Below, in pieces: positions 60,593 through 64,000 of a DNA stretch of 64,000 bases (positions within the stretch are counted from its first letter, which is position 1; every line of letters starts with the position of its first letter). The stretch lies in NCBI GenBank assembly GCA_965285935.1, contig OZ260666.1, positions 21,452,001 to 21,516,000 on the forward strand, read 5' to 3'. The notes under the pieces are model-generated. The model did not search any database and had not been told where the DNA came from. It saw nothing but the letters and a program-made list of their open reading frames with translations. A program made the position numbers and the translations under genes. The DNA comes from Ophelia neglecta. Taxonomy: Eukaryota.

Positions 60593-61135
60593 TGGTCCCA
60601 CTGTAATTAATAGCAGACTGAAGTTTTTAGTTGTAGTTTGAGAAGTCATATTTTCCCCTTTGGGTGGCTCATTCCATATATGTCGTCACATAGTCATGTC
60701 GTCACACTCTTTAGTCGAACGCGTAACCTGGAGATTAACTTGAATATTGGGCAGTTAATGCTTTCCTCATTACGGACCGCTATTAAAGGGCAAAGGTCAA
60801 CGTATCCGTTGGACACTTCTTTAATTGAAATTTGTTTCCTTCACTTCCAACACAGTTGTGGCCTTTCCCGTGACGCCATTATGACGTCGCCTGTTTTCGT
60901 GTAAATAATGTTCGGAGAAACTTTGTTGGGAGTATTTATTCTGTGAACAGGCAGAAATAATTTGATTATCTATTATCTAGACTAGATGAAATTCTACTAC
61001 CGAAGGGACTCCATCTACCAATGATGTTGCTATATTAAAGAGTGTGTGTTGGACAGGACATACATGATAGGCAATGAAATCCATACAAAAGTGAGCATTT
61101 ATCAGTATAGATATGGTGTTGCATAGGTGCTAACA

Positions 61136-63368
61136 GGCTGTTTCGTACCTTGTGCGTTTCGTACCTGCCACTTTTGGATGTTTCGTACCCGAACCTTTGG
61201 ACGTTTCGTACCCTGCTTTTGGACGTTTCTTACCGACCGGAGATTTCTATATTATAATGCATCTATTAAATATAAGAATAGTTAAATTATTTTACATTAA
61301 TAATTAAGACAATTTTAGCATCTGTGCTGTGTGCTTAATTTCTATATTTGATGTATACAAGGAACAGTACATACTAACATAGGCCTATATGAATTGAGAT
61401 CTAGAGTATTACCTCTCTGGTTAATACATTTTCATACTATATAAGGACCATTAAATGCAGTGTTCCCGAAAAGTCGTCGGCCCCGTCGGACAAAGCCGGT
61501 GTAAAATCGTTTTGTCCGGCTTAACATCGGTCATTTTGTCCGACGGACAGGTGTTTCAGGTGAATGCTGCTTTGTATTGTAAAAGCCTTTATTTTTCGGC
61601 CGAAACTGCGTGATCGCGAATTTCATGTTGAACAACCACCATCTGTTTCTGACCGGCACTAGGTGGCGAGTCTGCCTTGGCCAGATTTGCATAGGGCGGA
61701 GCGATTATCCCAGAGCGTGTCATGCGCATAGGCATGAGTGTTTTAGTAAAATGGCGTCCTTGACAGCAGCCGCTGCTGCTAACCAACATGTAGGGAAAAG
61801 CAAGGACAAGGACCTCAACAAACTTAGACTATTCAGCCCTGTCATTAACTTTTGGAGTAGCCATGCCATGCTTAAATGAATGCGGCTACCTCCAACGCCA
61901 GCTCCGCTTCACCATTTTGGTCTACTGCTATACATGTTGAAATCTCGTGCGGTATCTGTCATGGCCGCCCAGGATTGCGAAATGCTCACGATGCAATAAA
62001 AAAGCGATAGTTCTGTCAAGTAGTTAGGGTTATTTTGTCCGACAAGCGCGAGAATTAAAATCGAACTATAAGACTCAAAAAATCCTGCAACATTTTGACG
62101 GAAATTCCTCCCGAGTAGGCGGCGATTTTCCGATAGTAGGCGGCGAAATCGCCGGCTGTCGGCTGCTACTGACAGGACTGACTTCATTCATTTACTGAAG
62201 CACAAAGCTGGTCATCATCACAATTCAATGTCTTGCAAGACAGTGCCATGGTAATAAAGGCTTGTTTCACTCACAGCAGCTGTATTCCTGTGCCAAATAA
62301 AAGTGTGTATGCTATTAAACAATTAAAATGTTATTGTTCTAACATTGTGGGGTTAACACGCCCTAGGAGATACAAAAATGCTGCAGGGGCTAATTATTTG
62401 TTGTAATCATGGCAGTGTCCCTTCCTGGCAGGGACGACCTATTTGCCAGCTAGGACTCCAGCTTTTGCCATCTGGGGCAAGGCTTTCCCAGGTAGATGAA
62501 AATAACCTACCAGCTGACAACTTCCCTGACTTTCCTGGCTGCCAAATTTTGCACATAATTCTGTTGACAGTGCGGTGCAGATCACATTTACAAGGAAATT
62601 TTGATATGTACCCAGAATAATTTTTATAGATCAATGTGACTCAAACTTACTAGTATATTGTATCTGTTTGGTGCCAGCTTATAATTTGTCATGGTGTACT
62701 CCCATCACAGGGGTTTTAACATGAACCTCTTAGGTCCCAGCTGGCCTTTAGCCATAAAACTGGCCTACTTGACTGACATGCTGTGCCTAATTAATGGGCT
62801 AAAAAGGAGACCCTTCTATTTACAAGGCACACTTTAGAATTCAGTGAATGATGTATGGTTTCACTATGTCTCGACCAGCAGATCTCTCTATTCAGTGTTC
62901 AAAATGAAGACTAGGTAGGCATCTACATTATAGTGACCCGTCCGAAAAATGCTGGATTTGGAAAAAAGGTGACAACTATAATGTTATTTAAATTGAAATG
63001 CACGGTAACTTCATATAAGAAGCATCAATTCATGTATGAAGTTAGCCCCATTTCACCTAAGGCTGATGGGTCATGAAAACTTCGATTGTTACTATTTTAT
63101 CCGTGTACTACTTATACAGACTGAGACCTTTGCGGACCAAATCTTGTTAAATTGTTAATGTTGAGTTATTTTACTGTTTTAGAACTATTTTGCATCATAT
63201 TCTTTAAATGTCCTTACACATATGAATATATCGAGTGAAGCTGCATCAATCTCCCCTAGGTACGAATCGACCAATTGCAGGGTACAAACCGTCCAAGGGC
63301 TCTGGTACGAAACATACAAATGTGGGTACGAACTGGCAGGTACAAAACGCACAGGGTACGAAACGTCT
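61136..63368. mobile_element. Non-autonomous TIR (foldback-like) DNA element with subterminal TTTCGTACC repeats and nested insertions
   Basis: Left end gtttcgtaccttgtgcgtttcgtacctgcca with several tttcgtacc copies; right end tggcaggtacaaaacgcacagggtacgaaac is its reverse complement, with several ggtacgaa copies. Confidence 0.75.
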
Positions 63369-63529
63369 AGAAAGCTTTCATATATTATGCAGTGTGGCTA
63401 ACTTCTCTTAGCATATAAACAAAAGAAAATTCTTCATGCGCGCGTAATAAAAGAACTGCAGTAGCTACATATTGGGTCAGACCCAATATTGTGAGCATGG
63501 TATGAAGCTTTTAATTAGAGGTCACTTAA

Positions 63530-64000
63530 GCCCCTGTCACACTGTGACGAGTTTGGCCCACGAGTTACGACGAGTGCTGGCGAGTTATAACTCACCGAAA
63601 ATTCGACGAGTTAACCATGATTTCGAGTGATGGAGACATCAGTTCGACTCCTGCTCGAGTTGTGCTCGAGTTCTCTTCCACATTGACACGAGATTAGTAC
63701 GATAACATTCTATTTAACACGAGTTTAATCGACATCTGTACGACCTGTGTACGACATCTTCTCGACAGCTGAAGACTTTTCTACGAGAATGTACGAGTTT
63801 AGGCGAGACTACACGAGTTTTGGCGACATGTGTACGGGTTAATGACGAGTTATGACGAGTGAGCTGCGAGAAATGTACGTGTGAGGCCAACATATAGTAA
63901 TTTGGGTATAAATTCTGGTGGTCCAGCACTTTTTGGATCAATCTCCAGTTGGTTCTTGTAGGAAAAAACATCACAGCCATGGCTCAGAGGTTCAGAAACA
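63530..64000. mobile_element. Probable PIF/Harbinger-like non-autonomous element, left part
   Basis: Starts ta-agcccctgtcacactg, followed by many short acgag/acgagtt repeats; other end not in window. Confidence 0.4.

Overview
Eukaryotic (invertebrate animal-like; AT-rich, spliceosomal introns, LINE/LTR/MITE debris) genomic DNA, not prokaryotic. The window is a tandem array of five head-to-tail BTB-BACK-Kelch (KLHL-like, putative Cullin3 substrate adaptor) genes with intronless CDSs. Probable starts are 1690, 14763, 28057, 40738 and 53729, about 13 kb apart; copy 1 is frameshifted. The BTB/BACK halves are nearly invariant. Differences concentrate in the two loop classes that form the substrate-binding face of a Kelch propeller and are shuffled between copies in a patchwork. 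The proteins also appear to carry an internal duplication (partial BTB + second BACK). The spacers contain, antisense to the KLHL genes, decayed exons with cadherin-repeat-like motifs, strand-biased 16-18 bp GC-rich minisatellites, a solo LTR and a truncated LINE. Between copies 4 and 5 the spacer is largely replaced by an intact-looking 3-exon signal peptide-PAN/apple-fibrinogen (FReD) gene and a death-effector-domain relic with an upstream NF-kB/AP-1/TATA-like motif cluster. Overall inference: a rapidly diversifying innate-immune-like cluster built on ubiquitin-ligase adaptors. All domain calls are from motif recognition by eye; no database searches were run.
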